Source: Campylobacterota bacterium
GTDB taxonomy: Bacteria; Campylobacterota; Campylobacteria; Campylobacterales; Nitratiruptoraceae
Reading direction: 5' to 3'
Length of the DNA stretch: 64,000 bases
Assembly (NCBI GenBank): GCA_015494715.1
Contig: WGAT01000102.1
Coordinates: 1,431-65,430, forward strand
The translations under genes were made by a program, and so were the position numbers. Below, piece after piece: positions 17,741 to 29,109 of the stretch. Every line of letters begins with the position of its first letter. Within the stretch, counting starts at the first letter, position 1. Below the pieces are notes generated by a model, which worked only from the letters and a program-made list of their open reading frames with translations, searched no databases and was not told the origin of the DNA.

Positions 17741-18568
17741 TTATACTTTAAATTTCTTTATATTTTCTATAACTTCTTCAATTATCCAGTTAGGAGTCGA
17801 AGCTCCTGCGGTAATTCCACACAATTTTTTACCCTCGAACCACTGTTTTTTGAGCTCTTGAGCGTTTTCTATGAGATAACTCTCTTTGCAGTGCTCTTTA
17901 CAGATATTAAAGAGCTGTTTGGTATTGGAGGAATTTTTCCCCCCTATAACAATCATTACATCCGCCTCTTGACTCAACTCCCTCGCCGCGTCTTGATTTT
18001 CAAAAGTGGCATTGCAGATAGTATTAAAAACCCGTACCTCTTTTTTATGCTGCATCAAGTAATTGACGATTTTTTGATACTCTTCAAACTTTCTTGTGGT
18101 TTGTGCTACCGTAGCCACCCGTTCCTTAAGCGGCTTGCCATAGAGCTCCTCTACTCGAAGTACAACTATCGGATCTTTAGCATAGCTCATCACCCCTTTG
18201 ATTTCTGGATGTTCCTTGTCGCCAAAAATAACCACACTATACCCCTCCTCGCTCATCTTGGCAACGATCTCTTGGGGTTTGGTCACAAAAGGACAAGTAG
18301 CATCTATTACCTCTACCTCTTTGCTTTGTAAATCTTCCAACAAAGGTTTTGGTATTCCGTGGGTTCGGATCACTACTTTGCTTTTGGGCTTTATCTCCTC
18401 CACATTCTCCACCAAACCTACATCAAAACGCTCTTTTAAGCGCCGAATTTCGTTTTTGTTGTGGATCAAAGGCCCAAAAGTGACGCTATGGGGACTCTCC
18501 TCGGCGATTTTTATGGCACGCTTGACCCCAAAACAAAATCCGTAACTCTTAGCCAGCCTAATCTCCAA
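17741..18568 (-). CDS. ispH: 4-hydroxy-3-methylbut-2-enyl diphosphate reductase
   Basis: 275 aa. The three cluster cysteines appear in '[11 protein letters not shown]', 'ATCPFVTK' and '[11 protein letters not shown]'. Confidence 0.93.
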   Translation of the reverse strand: MEIRLAKSYGFCFGVKRAIKIAEESPHSVTFGPLIHNKNEIRRLKERFDVGLVENVEEIKPKSKVVIRTHGIPKPLLEDLQSKEVEVIDATCPFVTKPQEIVAKMSEEGYSVVIFGDKEHPEIKGVMSYAKDPIVVLRVEELYGKPLKERVATVAQTTRKFEEYQKIVNYLMQHKKEVRVFNTICNATFENQDAARELSQEADVMIVIGGKNSSNTKQLFNICKEHCKESYLIENAQELKKQWFEGKKLCGITAGASTPNWIIEEVIENIKKFKV

Positions 18569-19859
18569 GACGCACCTCGCTTATCTGACTCAAAAGCTCC
18601 AAAAAATTTGGAAAAGAGGTCTCGATACACTGAGTATCTTCTACCTCCATCCCGCATACTAGCCCGGCAATCAAAAAACTCATAGCTATACGATGATCCC
18701 CACAACTATCTATATGAGCTGGATGGAGCTCCCCTCCTTTGATCTCATAGCCATCCTCAAGCTCTCTTGCTTGAATCGCACACCTTTTAAGATTTTCCAC
18801 CACGCAAGCGATACGGTCGCTCTCTTTGACTCGTAGCTCCTTGGCGTTTCGTACCACACTTTTCCCCTTTGCCACCGCCATAGCGATGGAGAGTGCTGGC
18901 AGCTCGTCAATAAGCCAAGGAATGTTTTGATACACCTCCACCCCATGTAACTTGCCATACGAGACGATGATATCGCCTATTGGCTCGTATCTGTCCTCTT
19001 TTTGCACAAACTCCACTTGAGCCCCCATTTTTTGCAGTACTTTATACGCTTCTATTCGGGTAGGATTTAAAGTAAGATTTTTGAGCACTACCCGACTACC
19101 CGGGACGATGGCCGCAGCCACCGCAAAGAAAAAAGCGCTCGAAGGATCGGCTGGTATCTTGATATCCAAAGGCTCCAAAGGCTCTCTCAAAGGCTCTACA
19201 AACACTGCATAACGATCATCGTTGGCTTTAGTCTGTAACTTTGCCCCCATACCTTGTAACATCCGCTCGGTATGATCGCGACTACGCTTTGGCTCAGAAT
19301 ATTTTGACGCCCCCTTTGCCCGAAGAGCGGCCAAAATCAAAGCGCTTTTGACTTGAGCCGAAGCGATAGGGCTATCATACTCAAAAGCTTCTAAAGAGGC
19401 GTTCCCCCGAATCGCCAAAGGGGCTTTATTCCCCCTCTCTCGCCCATCAATCTTCGCTCCGATGCTTCGTAAAGGTACCGCCACCCGAGCCATGGGACGA
19501 GAGCGCAGATACTTATCTCCGGTAAGGACGAAAAATCCATCGATCCCGGCTAACAAACCGCAAAAGAGCCGCATGCTCGTACCGCTGTTGCCACAATCTA
19601 AAATATCCTCAGGCTCTTTGAGGCTAGAGGGGGGCGTAATCGTTAAAGTCCCACCCTCTTTTTTTATGGTAGCTCCAAGCTCTTGTACAATATGGAGGGT
19701 ATGGAGAGTATCTTCTGCCTTCAAATAGTTGCGAATAGTGGAGGGACGATCGCTCAGCAGTGAAAACATCGCGCTTCGATGGGAGATCGATTTATCCGGC
19801 GCGATACTCTTAATTTCCATATCAAAACTCGCAGCCGGAGCGACTCGTACTCTTTTCAT
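18558..19859 (-). CDS. aroA: 3-phosphoshikimate 1-carboxyvinyltransferase (EPSP synthase)
   Basis: 433 aa. Motifs '[12 protein letters not shown]', 'RPMARV', 'KESDRIA' and 'GDHRIAMSF'. Confidence 0.93.
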   Translation of the reverse strand: MKRVRVAPAASFDMEIKSIAPDKSISHRSAMFSLLSDRPSTIRNYLKAEDTLHTLHIVQELGATIKKEGGTLTITPPSSLKEPEDILDCGNSGTSMRLFCGLLAGIDGFFVLTGDKYLRSRPMARVAVPLRSIGAKIDGRERGNKAPLAIRGNASLEAFEYDSPIASAQVKSALILAALRAKGASKYSEPKRSRDHTERMLQGMGAKLQTKANDDRYAVFVEPLREPLEPLDIKIPADPSSAFFFAVAAAIVPGSRVVLKNLTLNPTRIEAYKVLQKMGAQVEFVQKEDRYEPIGDIIVSYGKLHGVEVYQNIPWLIDELPALSIAMAVAKGKSVVRNAKELRVKESDRIACVVENLKRCAIQARELEDGYEIKGGELHPAHIDSCGDHRIAMSFLIAGLVCGMEVEDTQCIETSFPNFLELLSQISEVRLGD

Positions 19860-22180
19860 CGTAATTGTACTCCTAGCCCGGTTTGCAATGCATCCAAGAT
19901 ACCTCCCATTATTTGAGCGATCTCCTCTTCGGTTAGCGTCTTTGCATCCGATTGGATCGCAAACCGAAGCGTGACGCTCTTTTTCTCTCCCAAACTCTCA
20001 TCCTCATATATATCGATAGGATAAAATCTCTTCACCTCTTTTGGTACCGCACTCTGCAAAACCTCGGCTATCTTGGCATAGGGTATATCCTTATCCACCA
20101 AAAGACTCAAATCTTTGAATGAAAGCTGGTAAACCGAGTAGCCTTTTGCTTTTGGATAGTGCAGATCCAAGGCATCAAAATCTATTTGGGCCATATAGGT
20201 ACTTGGCAAATCGAGCTCTTCTTGCAGCGTAGTGTTGAGCTTATAAAGGACTCCTATCTTTTTACCTTTTTGCACGATAGCGGCAGATTGGAAAGGGTGC
20301 ATCAGATTATACGTCGTCTCAACTTCTTTGAGATCAAAATCCCCCAGTATGCCGGCTAATTCCTTGACAAATCCGCCAAAGTCTATCTCTGCGGGCTTAC
20401 CTTGATTCGTTAGGCTTTCTGGTTCTTTATGACCAGAGTGTACAAGGGCAAATTCTTGCTTTTGCTCCCTATCGCTCCCAAAAACCATACCTATTTCAAA
20501 AAGCGCCACCCGTTTTTTTCCATTGCGTATGTTGGCAATCGTCTGATCCAAAAGATTGGGGATGAGCGAAGGACGCAAGGTATCAAGCTCTTTAGTGATA
20601 GGATTGAGCAGATCTTGCTCTTTTTGCAACGTTTCAAATCCAAACTTTTTTAACTTCTCTTTATTGGTAAAGAGGTAGCTTACCGTCTCAAAAAACCCTT
20701 GAGAGACGCTAAGATAGCGAAGCTGCTTGGCTTTTTGGTACTGCTCATAGGTTTTTGTAATACGATTAGCCTCTTTAAAAAGAAGAGGTTGGGAAAGAAT
20801 GTTATCGATCCCGTAGATGCGTACGATCTCCTCGGCCACATCCTGAAGATTTTGGATATCGTGTCGGTAGATTGGCGTTTTAAGCACCATCGCCTCTTCG
20901 TCTAAACTCATAATAGTAAAACCTAAGGCTTTAAGGATCTCTACGATCTCGCTCTTATCAATCTCTTGACCGATGAGATCATAAAGAATAGAAAATTGGA
21001 TCTTAATCGCCTTTCTTTCGAGCTCTTTTATAATTTCGTGGGTCCCAGAATACATCTGCGTCTGAGGATAGTACGACTCTAAAAGATATTTTGCAAACTC
21101 TATCCCGATTTTTACTCTCGGATCGCTCCCTCTGCTACTACGATAAAAGCTCCAATCACTCTTTATGGGATGCTCGAACATCTTTTTAGAGATGATCTGT
21201 GGATCGATGTAGCTTGACTCTATGATAAAACTCTCCTCATTCTCTTTTGGTTTGGAGCAATCGTACTGGATAACGCCTATGACGCTCCCTTTCCCCTCGC
21301 CATAGACCGCATCATACTTTTGCTCATCTTTTTTGACGCAAATGGCCCCCTGCGGTGCAAAAAAACTATACCCGTATACCCTTGTTAACACTCCCGTACT
21401 ATGGGTTACGTAGTAGCCAAAAAGCTCGGCCGGATTTTCAAAGGACTCGCCCGTCAAAGCCACCCGAAAACGGATGAGCAGCGGATTGGTAAAGCCATCG
21501 GCCTTAAAAGCTTTATATAATAAATTCGAATCGATCCCTCCTTCTGGAGCGATACCAAGCAAACGGCCAATTCCCATACGGATGTTCGAGCCGTGATCCA
21601 CCCTTTTTTCTTTAACGGGACGGGCGTATATCGCATTGAGCTCTCTAGCGATCCCCTGTACGCTCAGACAATCTCCTCTATTGGCCGTAAGCTCGATCTC
21701 GATTACCTCATCGTTGAGCAGCTCATACTCTTTGAGCTCTTTTCCAACTACTAGCTCCCCGATACTCTCATCTAAAATCATAATACCCTTTTCCATCTCG
21801 GGAAGCCCCAACTCTTGAGAGGAGCAAATCATTCCAAAACTCTCTACTCCTCGAAGCTTTGCAGGCTGGATCGCAAAATCGCCAGGAAGCACCGCTCCGA
21901 CTTTCGCTACCGCCACATACTGGGCATCTTTGACGTTGCTCGCTCCACAAACAATCTGAAGAGTCTCTTGGCCTACATCGACCGTACAAATATTGAGTTT
22001 ATCGGCGTTAGGATGCTTTTGACAAGAGAGCACTCTTCCTACTACGACACCATCGGGAATTTCTAACTTCTTGTACTGGGCCACTTCCAATCCGATACTA
22101 TTGAACGTATCGATGATCTCTTGAGTCGAAATACCCTCTAAATCGATCCACTCTTCTAGCCATTTTCTTGTCACTATCAT
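19856..22180 (-). CDS. pheT: Phenylalanine-tRNA ligase beta subunit
   Basis: 774 aa. N-terminal tRNA-binding domain '[15 protein letters not shown]', then B3/4-B5 and a C-terminal anticodon-binding-like domain. 4-nt overlap with pheS. Confidence 0.93.
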   Translation of the reverse strand: MIVTRKWLEEWIDLEGISTQEIIDTFNSIGLEVAQYKKLEIPDGVVVGRVLSCQKHPNADKLNICTVDVGQETLQIVCGASNVKDAQYVAVAKVGAVLPGDFAIQPAKLRGVESFGMICSSQELGLPEMEKGIMILDESIGELVVGKELKEYELLNDEVIEIELTANRGDCLSVQGIARELNAIYARPVKEKRVDHGSNIRMGIGRLLGIAPEGGIDSNLLYKAFKADGFTNPLLIRFRVALTGESFENPAELFGYYVTHSTGVLTRVYGYSFFAPQGAICVKKDEQKYDAVYGEGKGSVIGVIQYDCSKPKENEESFIIESSYIDPQIISKKMFEHPIKSDWSFYRSSRGSDPRVKIGIEFAKYLLESYYPQTQMYSGTHEIIKELERKAIKIQFSILYDLIGQEIDKSEIVEILKALGFTIMSLDEEAMVLKTPIYRHDIQNLQDVAEEIVRIYGIDNILSQPLLFKEANRITKTYEQYQKAKQLRYLSVSQGFFETVSYLFTNKEKLKKFGFETLQKEQDLLNPITKELDTLRPSLIPNLLDQTIANIRNGKKRVALFEIGMVFGSDREQKQEFALVHSGHKEPESLTNQGKPAEIDFGGFVKELAGILGDFDLKEVETTYNLMHPFQSAAIVQKGKKIGVLYKLNTTLQEELDLPSTYMAQIDFDALDLHYPKAKGYSVYQLSFKDLSLLVDKDIPYAKIAEVLQSAVPKEVKRFYPIDIYEDESLGEKKSVTLRFAIQSDAKTLTEEEIAQIMGGILDALQTGLGVQLR

Positions 22181-23169
22181 CGAAACTGCTCCAATAATCT
22201 CAAATCACCCTCAAAAAGGCTACGTAAATCGCCAATTCGGTGCAAAAGCATCGCAAATCGCTCCACTCCAAGTCCAAAAGCGTATCCGCTCACATCTTTA
22301 TACCCCACTGCGTCAAAAACATTTGGATCTACCATACCACACCCCAAAACTTCCAGCCATCCGGTATAAGAGCAGACTCGACACCCCTCACCCTCACAAA
22401 AGATACAGCTAATATCCACTTCCGCACTGGGCTCGGTAAAGGGAAAGAAGCTGGGTCTAAAGCGTATATTCACATCTCCAAACATATATTTCAAAAAGTC
22501 TTCTAAAACAAATTTTAGATTGGCAAAGGAGACTTTACCCGCCTCATCCACCACAAGTCCTTCGACTTGATGAAACATCGGTGTGTGGGTGAGGTCGAAA
22601 TCCCTTCGAAAAACGGCTCCGGGACTAATCATCCGAATGGGAGGCTGATGAGAAAGCATCGTACGAATCTGTACCGGCGACGTGTGGGTACGAAGAAGCT
22701 TGCCATCTTGAAAATAAAAAGTATCTTGCATATCACGGGCAGGATGATGTTTAGGAAGATTTAACGCCTCGAAGTTGTAAAAATCCTCCTCTACCAGCGG
22801 CCCCGCCTCTACGGCATAGTTCAGAGCGGTAAAATACTCTATAATCTTATCCATCGTATGCTGGACCGGATGTACAGCCCCTTTGTATCCGCTTACACTA
22901 TACAAAGAGACATCGATCTTTTCGCTTTGTAATTTTCGTTGGATCTCTTTGGCCAAAAGTTCCTCTTTTTTTTGCTGTAACGCCTGAAAAAGAGTGTTCT
23001 TGGCACTATTGAGCTCTTTTGCCACAACCGGCTTTTGATCCTTTGGCAAAGTTTTTAGCCGCTCAAACTCTTTGGCAAAATAGCCCTTTTTACCAAAAAG
23101 CTCTATACGAATCCTTTCGATCTCATCGAGACTTTGTGCATTTTGTATCTTTTCTTTCCAGTCCTTCAA
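22177..23169 (-). CDS. pheS: Phenylalanine-tRNA ligase alpha subunit
   Basis: 330 aa. Class II motifs '[11 protein letters not shown]', '[16 protein letters not shown]' and '[14 protein letters not shown]'. Confidence 0.95.
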   Translation of the reverse strand: MKDWKEKIQNAQSLDEIERIRIELFGKKGYFAKEFERLKTLPKDQKPVVAKELNSAKNTLFQALQQKKEELLAKEIQRKLQSEKIDVSLYSVSGYKGAVHPVQHTMDKIIEYFTALNYAVEAGPLVEEDFYNFEALNLPKHHPARDMQDTFYFQDGKLLRTHTSPVQIRTMLSHQPPIRMISPGAVFRRDFDLTHTPMFHQVEGLVVDEAGKVSFANLKFVLEDFLKYMFGDVNIRFRPSFFPFTEPSAEVDISCIFCEGEGCRVCSYTGWLEVLGCGMVDPNVFDAVGYKDVSGYAFGLGVERFAMLLHRIGDLRSLFEGDLRLLEQFR

Positions 23170-23244
23170 TCAGCACCTCATTGGCAAAATTTTATTTAAA
23201 GTATAATAGTATAATTATGATTATAAAAAGATAAGGGAGTGTGT

Positions 23245-23604
23245 ATGTGTGTCTTTTGTAAAATTGTCGCAGGAGAGCTTCCCGCTAACAAAGTTTTGGA
23301 AAATGATGAGTTTTTGGCGTTTCACGATATCAATCCAAAAGCTCCTATCCATATTCTTATCATCCCCAAACACCATATCGAAAATTTCCAGTCCACACCG
23401 CCAGAAGTCATGACCAAGATGACTCCTTTCATTCAAGAAGTAGCCAAATTGCTCGAGTTGGACAAAACAGGCTACCGCCTCATCACCAACAACGGCAAAG
23501 ACGGGGGACAAGAGGTAATGCATCTACATTTTCATATGTTGGGGGGAGCCAAGCTCACATGGCCGTATCAAGCCATCAAAGAGGAAGCCAAAAAGTATGT
23601 CTAA
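23245..23604 (+). CDS. HIT (histidine triad) family nucleotide hydrolase
   Basis: 'MCVFCKIVAGELP' and the histidine triad 'HLHFHMLGG'. The ATG at 23245 follows the SD 'AAGGGAG'. The ORF-track GTG at 23239 is 2 codons upstream. Confidence 0.88.
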   Translation: MCVFCKIVAGELPANKVLENDEFLAFHDINPKAPIHILIIPKHHIENFQSTPPEVMTKMTPFIQEVAKLLELDKTGYRLITNNGKDGGQEVMHLHFHMLGGAKLTWPYQAIKEEAKKYV

Positions 23605-23606
23605 GC

Positions 23607-25001
23607 TCAAGAATCTCTCTTGAGCCTAGACAAAAAATCCTCAAAATAGGCTATCTGTTTTTCTATCTGCCTAGTAGCGGTACCTCCATAGGAATCTCTT
23701 GCTTCCATTGAGTTTTTGATATCAAGACACGATAAAATATCCTCTTGAATTCTTGGATCTACCTTTTGGAGCTCCTCTAAGCTCAAATCGCTTATATCCT
23801 TACCCAATTTTTCGGCCAAAGCGACTGCCCGACCAGTGATGTGATGGGCTTCACGGAAAGGGATATGCAGTTTTTGGACGAGATAATCGGCTAGATCGGT
23901 AGCACTCAAATGTCCCACTTTCGTAGCCTGATACATCCTTTTTTGATTGACTTGCATCGTCTTTAAAATTTCATTTAAAATAATCAAGGAGATTTGAGCG
24001 TTGTGAACACTGTCAAAAACCCCCTCTTTATCCTCTTGCATATCTTTATTATACGCCAAAGGCAACCCTTTCATCACGGTCAGCAGAGCCATAAGATTGC
24101 CATAGGCTCTTCCCGTTTTTCCCCTCAAAAGTTCCGGTACGTCTGGATTTTTCTTTTGGGGCATAATGGAGCTGCCCGTAGCGTACTCATCGCTTAGCGT
24201 AATATACCCAAACTCATAACTGCTCCACAATATCAGCTCTTCGGCAAGTCTAGAGATATGCATCATCATCGTAGCGATATTAAAAAGGATCTCCAATGCA
24301 AAATCCCTGTCACTCACGCTATCGAGGCAGTTGATCGTCGGGGCTTTAAACCCTAGCTCTTTGGCCGTAAATTCCCTATCTATGGGATGGGGGGTTCCAG
24401 CCAACGCCGCACAGCCTAAAGGGGAGTAGTTATTTCGCTCATACGAATCCAAAAAGCGTTCGATATCCCTTTTAAACATACTCGCATACGCCAACATATG
24501 ATAAGCAAAATTAATAGGCTGGGCATGCTGCAAATGGGTCATTCCCGGCAAAAGCACGCCTTTATATTTTTTGGCCAAATCCACAAAGGTTTGGATAAGG
24601 TTTTCCAATAAAGAGACGAAATAAAGATCTTTTTGCAGTACATAGAGTCGAAAATCCAAAGCTACTTGATCGTTTCGGCTTCTTGCCGTATGGAGCTTTT
24701 TCCCCGCCGCGCCGATAAGCTCGGTCAAGCGTTTCTCGATAGCCATATGGATATCTTCATCTTTGATATTCCACTCAAAAGTTCCCGACTCGATCTCTTT
24801 TTTTATCTGTTGCAATCCCTCAATGATTGCATTGACCTCTTCCGTATCCAAAATCCCTTGTTGACCCAGCATCTTCGCATGGGCCATAGAGCCTTGAATA
24901 TCTTGTTCATACAGCGTTTTATCAAACAAAAGGGAGGCGTTAAACTCATCAAGCAATCGACTCGATTCTTTCGTAAAACGGCCAGACCACATCTTTGCCA
25001 T
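23607..25001 (-). CDS. argH: Argininosuccinate lyase
   Basis: 464 aa. Fumarate-lyase signature '[12 protein letters not shown]', and 'TARSRNDQV'. Confidence 0.95.
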   Translation of the reverse strand: MAKMWSGRFTKESSRLLDEFNASLLFDKTLYEQDIQGSMAHAKMLGQQGILDTEEVNAIIEGLQQIKKEIESGTFEWNIKDEDIHMAIEKRLTELIGAAGKKLHTARSRNDQVALDFRLYVLQKDLYFVSLLENLIQTFVDLAKKYKGVLLPGMTHLQHAQPINFAYHMLAYASMFKRDIERFLDSYERNNYSPLGCAALAGTPHPIDREFTAKELGFKAPTINCLDSVSDRDFALEILFNIATMMMHISRLAEELILWSSYEFGYITLSDEYATGSSIMPQKKNPDVPELLRGKTGRAYGNLMALLTVMKGLPLAYNKDMQEDKEGVFDSVHNAQISLIILNEILKTMQVNQKRMYQATKVGHLSATDLADYLVQKLHIPFREAHHITGRAVALAEKLGKDISDLSLEELQKVDPRIQEDILSCLDIKNSMEARDSYGGTATRQIEKQIAYFEDFLSRLKRDS

Positions 25002-25081
25002 CGTAAACCTTTTTTGCTCGACATTGTATCTAAAAAGGTCTCAAAAATGAATGATCCTCTCAAAAAGCAAGGCTAAAACCC

Positions 25082-25783
25082 TTAGTTACAAGAGTGGATA
25101 TACCCCGTTCGAGCCACTACGCAAACTGAAGCATTCTCTTCGCAGCCCTCATCCTTGCACAGAGTATAAGTAACCACGCCGTTGAGGATATTTTTATATG
25201 GAGTAGCGTTAGAAGAGCTTTTTTGCTGCACGCAATGGGGTCGCCCAAGCTCATCAAAAGCGAGTCTTGTCTTGTTATGGGGGCAAGGAGTGTGTATGAG
25301 CACTTTCTTTACGCCATACGACTCTAAAAGATCCAAAGATTTATCCACATATTTAGCATCCGTGGCAGCGTTAAAAGATTTTCCCATCACCTTTTTATTT
25401 TGGGAAGCCTCGTTGGCCACCTCTTTATAATACGGGTAGTTGTTAAACTCTTGATTGCTTCCGTTTGCCGAGGGCGTATCGGAAAAGACGACCAGTACGG
25501 GATGGGCGGTGTTGTTTGAGATATAAAACATCCACCACTTTTTAAACCAAAACTTTGCATCTTTTTTTCGCTTTACAGCATCGCCGTACAAAGAGAGATT
25601 TGTCGAGGGGGTGTATTTGTCATCTACCATCGCGAGATGTTGGGCATAGCGCAGCGTATCGATAAAAATCCTCCTAGCATGTATCAAAGAGTCTGTCTGT
25701 AATCGAGGAGCTACTACGCCCGCTAATATGGCGATGACAACGATAACGAAGATCAACTCAACAAGTGTAAAAGCTCTTTTCAT
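25082..25783 (-). CDS. Prepilin-type N-terminal cleavage/methylation domain protein (type II secretion / competence pseudopilin-like)
   Basis: 'MKRAFTLVELIFVIVVIAILAGVVAP' leader plus hydrophobic helix. The C-terminal region has 6 Cys. I chose the start at the internal ATG preceded by AAAGG. The ORF-track start at 25816 would overlap aclA. Confidence 0.75.
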   Translation of the reverse strand: MKRAFTLVELIFVIVVIAILAGVVAPRLQTDSLIHARRIFIDTLRYAQHLAMVDDKYTPSTNLSLYGDAVKRKKDAKFWFKKWWMFYISNNTAHPVLVVFSDTPSANGSNQEFNNYPYYKEVANEASQNKKVMGKSFNAATDAKYVDKSLDLLESYGVKKVLIHTPCPHNKTRLAFDELGRPHCVQQKSSSNATPYKNILNGVVTYTLCKDEGCEENASVCVVARTGYIHSCN

Positions 25784-25791
25784 ACCTTTTT

Positions 25792-25807
25792 CCCGGCAAA
25801 AGCCGGG
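25792..25807 (-). other. GC hairpin in the 29-nt aclA-pseudopilin spacer
   Basis: The minus-strand RNA reads CCCGGC-UUUU-GCCGGG, starting 5 nt after the aclA stop. It is followed immediately by AAAAAGGU-AUG of the pilin-like gene, with no U-tract. Confidence 0.5.
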
Positions 25808-25812
25808 GAAGA

Positions 25813-27657
25813 TCATTTGATCTCTTCGGCTTTTTGCACGTCGTAGAGAATATCGTCAAATGGATGGCGATACATCGGCATACCAAGTCGTTTTTCGTCC
25901 AGAACATGACCGATAAATCCAATCGTTCGCCCGAGGATAAAAAAGGAGTTGAGCGTACCGCTTTCGATAAACTCGTCTATCTCCTCTTCGCTATATCCCA
26001 AGGCGCGCCACATATCTACCATCAAAATCCCAATCGTTCCATCCACATTGAGAATAAGATTGTCTTTTTTGCTTGTTGTGAGCTTTTCCACTTCCAAAGC
26101 GTATTCGAGCAATGGAGTGGATGGAAAATGCTCTTTTGCAAATTTTTTGAGCCCCTCAACCCTTTTATCCGGATTTCGCACGGATTTGATTCTATGCCCA
26201 ATACCAGGAATTGGAATTCCTTGCTTTTTCATATAGTTAAGAAATTCCGCCGGACTCATATTATTATCGTACGCATACTTAAAATATTTTGCTGCACCAT
26301 CGATTGCCCCACCAAAGCGTGGACCAATAGTCAAAAGTCCGGTCACAAGACTCTCCACTACGGACTTGCCGGCACGCGCCGTTACTTTAGCGTTATGCGC
26401 TCCACTTACGGCCGGACCATGGTCGGCTACGGTTTTGATAACGGTCTCGATAAAATCGACTGCCCATCGTGGATAGACCTTTTTAAACCACAACAGACTG
26501 ATCACATCGCCAATCGTTTTACCAGTATCTGGAGTGGCCACGGAGCTGATAGGATAGCCAGCATATGTGGCCTCTTCGCCTCTGTCATCACTGATGGTAC
26601 AGACAAAATGTTTGGGTCGTCGCACTTTGCCCGCTTTCAAAGCTTTGGCAAAATCTTCAGGGATTGGCGGAACTTCGGGCTCTTCGATATCTTTGATCAC
26701 GCCCTCGCCTCGAAGCTCTTCATAGACACCTTTTATGACATGGGGCAAATCGTTAAAGCTATCGGGCACATGGATACCCGCCTCTTTCATCGCTTTGTTT
26801 TTTGCCACGGCGGTCTCTTCGTCGGCGTTGGCACTCGCTCCCGCATGCCCAAACTGCACTCCACTGCTAAAGTGCTCGGCGATCGTTCCGATACACCAGC
26901 CAATGACCGGCTTGGTTATCTTGCCGCTTTTGACCGCTTCGATCACTTTATACTCTTCTCGTCCCCCAACTTCGCCAAGCAAAAGCATATATTTGACATT
27001 GGGGTCTTTTTCCATACGAAGCAGATGGTCGACAAAAACAGAGCCGACAAATCTGTCCCCACCAATCGCCACACCATCGGCAATACCATCGGCATTGAGA
27101 GCTATGATATTACAAAGCTCGTTAAACAGCCCCCCGCTTCGAGTCACAAGACCGCAGCTTCCGGGTCGATGGAGCTTGGATTTGACGATATTTTCGATGG
27201 TTCCACCGATGTTGGCCACTTTGAAGGCTCCGGGGGTAATAGCCCCAACGGTAGCTGGACCGATGATGAGCACGCCTTTGTCCCTAGCCGTTTTATTCAT
27301 AATACGAGCGAGTCGCTCAGGGATCCCCTCGGCCGTGATCATGATAGTCTTAAATTGGGGCAATTTAAGAGCGTCCATCGTCACGTCGTAAGCCGTCCGA
27401 AAAGAGGCGAAGTTTAAAAGCACGTCGGCGTTTGGATGAGCCGCAGCTGCCTCTTCGGTGCTTCTATAGATTGGAATCATCACCTCATCGGTGCCAAAGA
27501 AAAATTTATCGAATTTATTCGAGCTTGTAGGCGCTACAATAGCCGCTACTGAGGGCTTGTCCCGCTTGATGACATAATCGTAATCGAGCATACGCTGGAT
27601 GGCGCTTCGGTTGTTATTCCAAAAAATGGCTTGTGTATCTCGTGTAAATAGTCCCAT
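25813..27657 (-). CDS. aclA: ATP-citrate lyase alpha (large) subunit
   Basis: 614 aa. Succinyl-CoA-synthetase-alpha-like region with the phosphohistidine loop 'VQFGHAGASAN', plus a citrate-synthase-like C-terminal domain. Confidence 0.92.
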   Translation of the reverse strand: MGLFTRDTQAIFWNNNRSAIQRMLDYDYVIKRDKPSVAAIVAPTSSNKFDKFFFGTDEVMIPIYRSTEEAAAAHPNADVLLNFASFRTAYDVTMDALKLPQFKTIMITAEGIPERLARIMNKTARDKGVLIIGPATVGAITPGAFKVANIGGTIENIVKSKLHRPGSCGLVTRSGGLFNELCNIIALNADGIADGVAIGGDRFVGSVFVDHLLRMEKDPNVKYMLLLGEVGGREEYKVIEAVKSGKITKPVIGWCIGTIAEHFSSGVQFGHAGASANADEETAVAKNKAMKEAGIHVPDSFNDLPHVIKGVYEELRGEGVIKDIEEPEVPPIPEDFAKALKAGKVRRPKHFVCTISDDRGEEATYAGYPISSVATPDTGKTIGDVISLLWFKKVYPRWAVDFIETVIKTVADHGPAVSGAHNAKVTARAGKSVVESLVTGLLTIGPRFGGAIDGAAKYFKYAYDNNMSPAEFLNYMKKQGIPIPGIGHRIKSVRNPDKRVEGLKKFAKEHFPSTPLLEYALEVEKLTTSKKDNLILNVDGTIGILMVDMWRALGYSEEEIDEFIESGTLNSFFILGRTIGFIGHVLDEKRLGMPMYRHPFDDILYDVQKAEEIK

Positions 27658-27666
27658 TCCCTCTCC

Positions 27667-28998
27667 TTATGCTTTTGCTTTGTCGTCTTCGAGTGCCATA
27701 CGAACGATATCGGTAATATGGGTCTCAGGGCCAAAAACTTTAATAGGAAGTCCTAGCCTCTGGGCCGCCTCTTGGATATCTTTGAGCCCTTTTTCATAGT
27801 TTGGACCGCCCCGTCGCACATAGATACGCACGCCCACATCTTTCATCTTATCCGCATACTTCTCAAAAGCTTGGATGATACCGGTAAAGGTTTTAGCCAC
27901 ATCGGTAAAGTTGGCGATGGCTCCTCCGATGATGAGGATTTTGTCTCTGCCTTTGGGATCTTTTTTGCGGGTCATAAGATCGAGTACCGTTTCGGTGTAA
28001 AATCTCGTCTCATCCGTTGTCGGACCGCCAGAGTACTCCCCATAGTTGGCCAACTCCGCTACCCCACCAGCAAGGTCGGCGATAGTGTCGGCATAGACCA
28101 CGGATGCACCACCACCAGCTACCAAAGTCCAGATACGCCCTTCAGGATTGAGGACTGTGAGCTTGAGCGAAGCACCGCTTTTGGCATCCGCTTCGGCGAT
28201 CGCTTTTTCTTCTGGGGATTTTTCAGGCATTCCAAAAGGAGTCGGGAACTCGATATCGCCCCATACATCTTTCATCATAAAACCAGCAGTATCGTCAAGG
28301 CGCGCCACAAGATCGAGTAGATAGACATTATTGCCCACAATGACGACTGGGTTGATCTCAAGATATGCGAAGTTGAGATCTCTAAAAAATTTATAAAAAT
28401 CTATGGCAAACTGCGCGTAGACATCTTTTTTGTCTTCTGGAATATCGGCTGGGATGTTTGCTTTGATGAGTTTTTCGATCTCTTCATCGCTCGCGTCGAT
28501 GGGAATTTTAACTTCAGTCACCTTATCCCAATTCTCCTCTACCTCCATACCGCCATGAGCGCTCATATAAAGCACATCGTTCTCTTCATCCAAGGTCGTA
28601 GCGGCGATGTAGTACTCCTCATCCTCCTTGTGTGGCGTAAAAGGCTCTACGATGAAGTGTGTGAGCACCCCTTTTTGGCCGCTGAGCAGTGTGGTCTCTT
28701 GACTTCTTTTCTCATCAATCCACTTGGCCGCGTCTTCTAAAGTCACGTCGCCGGGCTTATTGACTTTAAAGAGTACGAGATTATTCTTACCCCGCTTTCC
28801 AAAAAGCATATCGGGCTTGACTACCAATGGTTTGGTTTTAAGCCACTCATATCCAGGCTCCTCGGCTTTTTTGAGCAGCTCCTCGCCGCTTGTTACCAAA
28901 ACGCTCTCAAACGGATAGTTGAGGCCTTTAAAATATTTATCCCAATTTTGGGCAAAAAGCTTTTTGCCGTCATACTCTCGTATCGCCCTTTGAGCCAT
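27667..28998 (-). CDS. aclB: ATP-citrate lyase beta (small) subunit
   Basis: 443 aa. ATP-grasp N-terminus 'MAQRAIREYDGKKLF'. The aclB-aclA order with a 9-nt spacer is typical of reverse-TCA bacteria. Confidence 0.92.
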   Translation of the reverse strand: MAQRAIREYDGKKLFAQNWDKYFKGLNYPFESVLVTSGEELLKKAEEPGYEWLKTKPLVVKPDMLFGKRGKNNLVLFKVNKPGDVTLEDAAKWIDEKRSQETTLLSGQKGVLTHFIVEPFTPHKEDEEYYIAATTLDEENDVLYMSAHGGMEVEENWDKVTEVKIPIDASDEEIEKLIKANIPADIPEDKKDVYAQFAIDFYKFFRDLNFAYLEINPVVIVGNNVYLLDLVARLDDTAGFMMKDVWGDIEFPTPFGMPEKSPEEKAIAEADAKSGASLKLTVLNPEGRIWTLVAGGGASVVYADTIADLAGGVAELANYGEYSGGPTTDETRFYTETVLDLMTRKKDPKGRDKILIIGGAIANFTDVAKTFTGIIQAFEKYADKMKDVGVRIYVRRGGPNYEKGLKDIQEAAQRLGLPIKVFGPETHITDIVRMALEDDKAKA

Positions 28999-29109
28999 TC
29001 CATCTCCTTAACAAAGTTTGTAATATTTGCAATACTAACATTTATTTTTTGATTTATCTAATTACTCCAAGAAGATTTCGTTATAGCTTCGATAATCTGT
29101 TTAATTTCG

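Noticed and set aside
25834-27417. A 527-aa ORF on the plus strand, plus further ORFs of 95-218 aa, antisense to aclA
   Set aside because: The minus-strand frame carries unmistakable ATP-citrate lyase motifs over its full length. The antisense translations are low-complexity (Ser/Phe/His/Arg-rich) with no recognisable motifs. Long antisense ORFs are a common by-product of codon bias.
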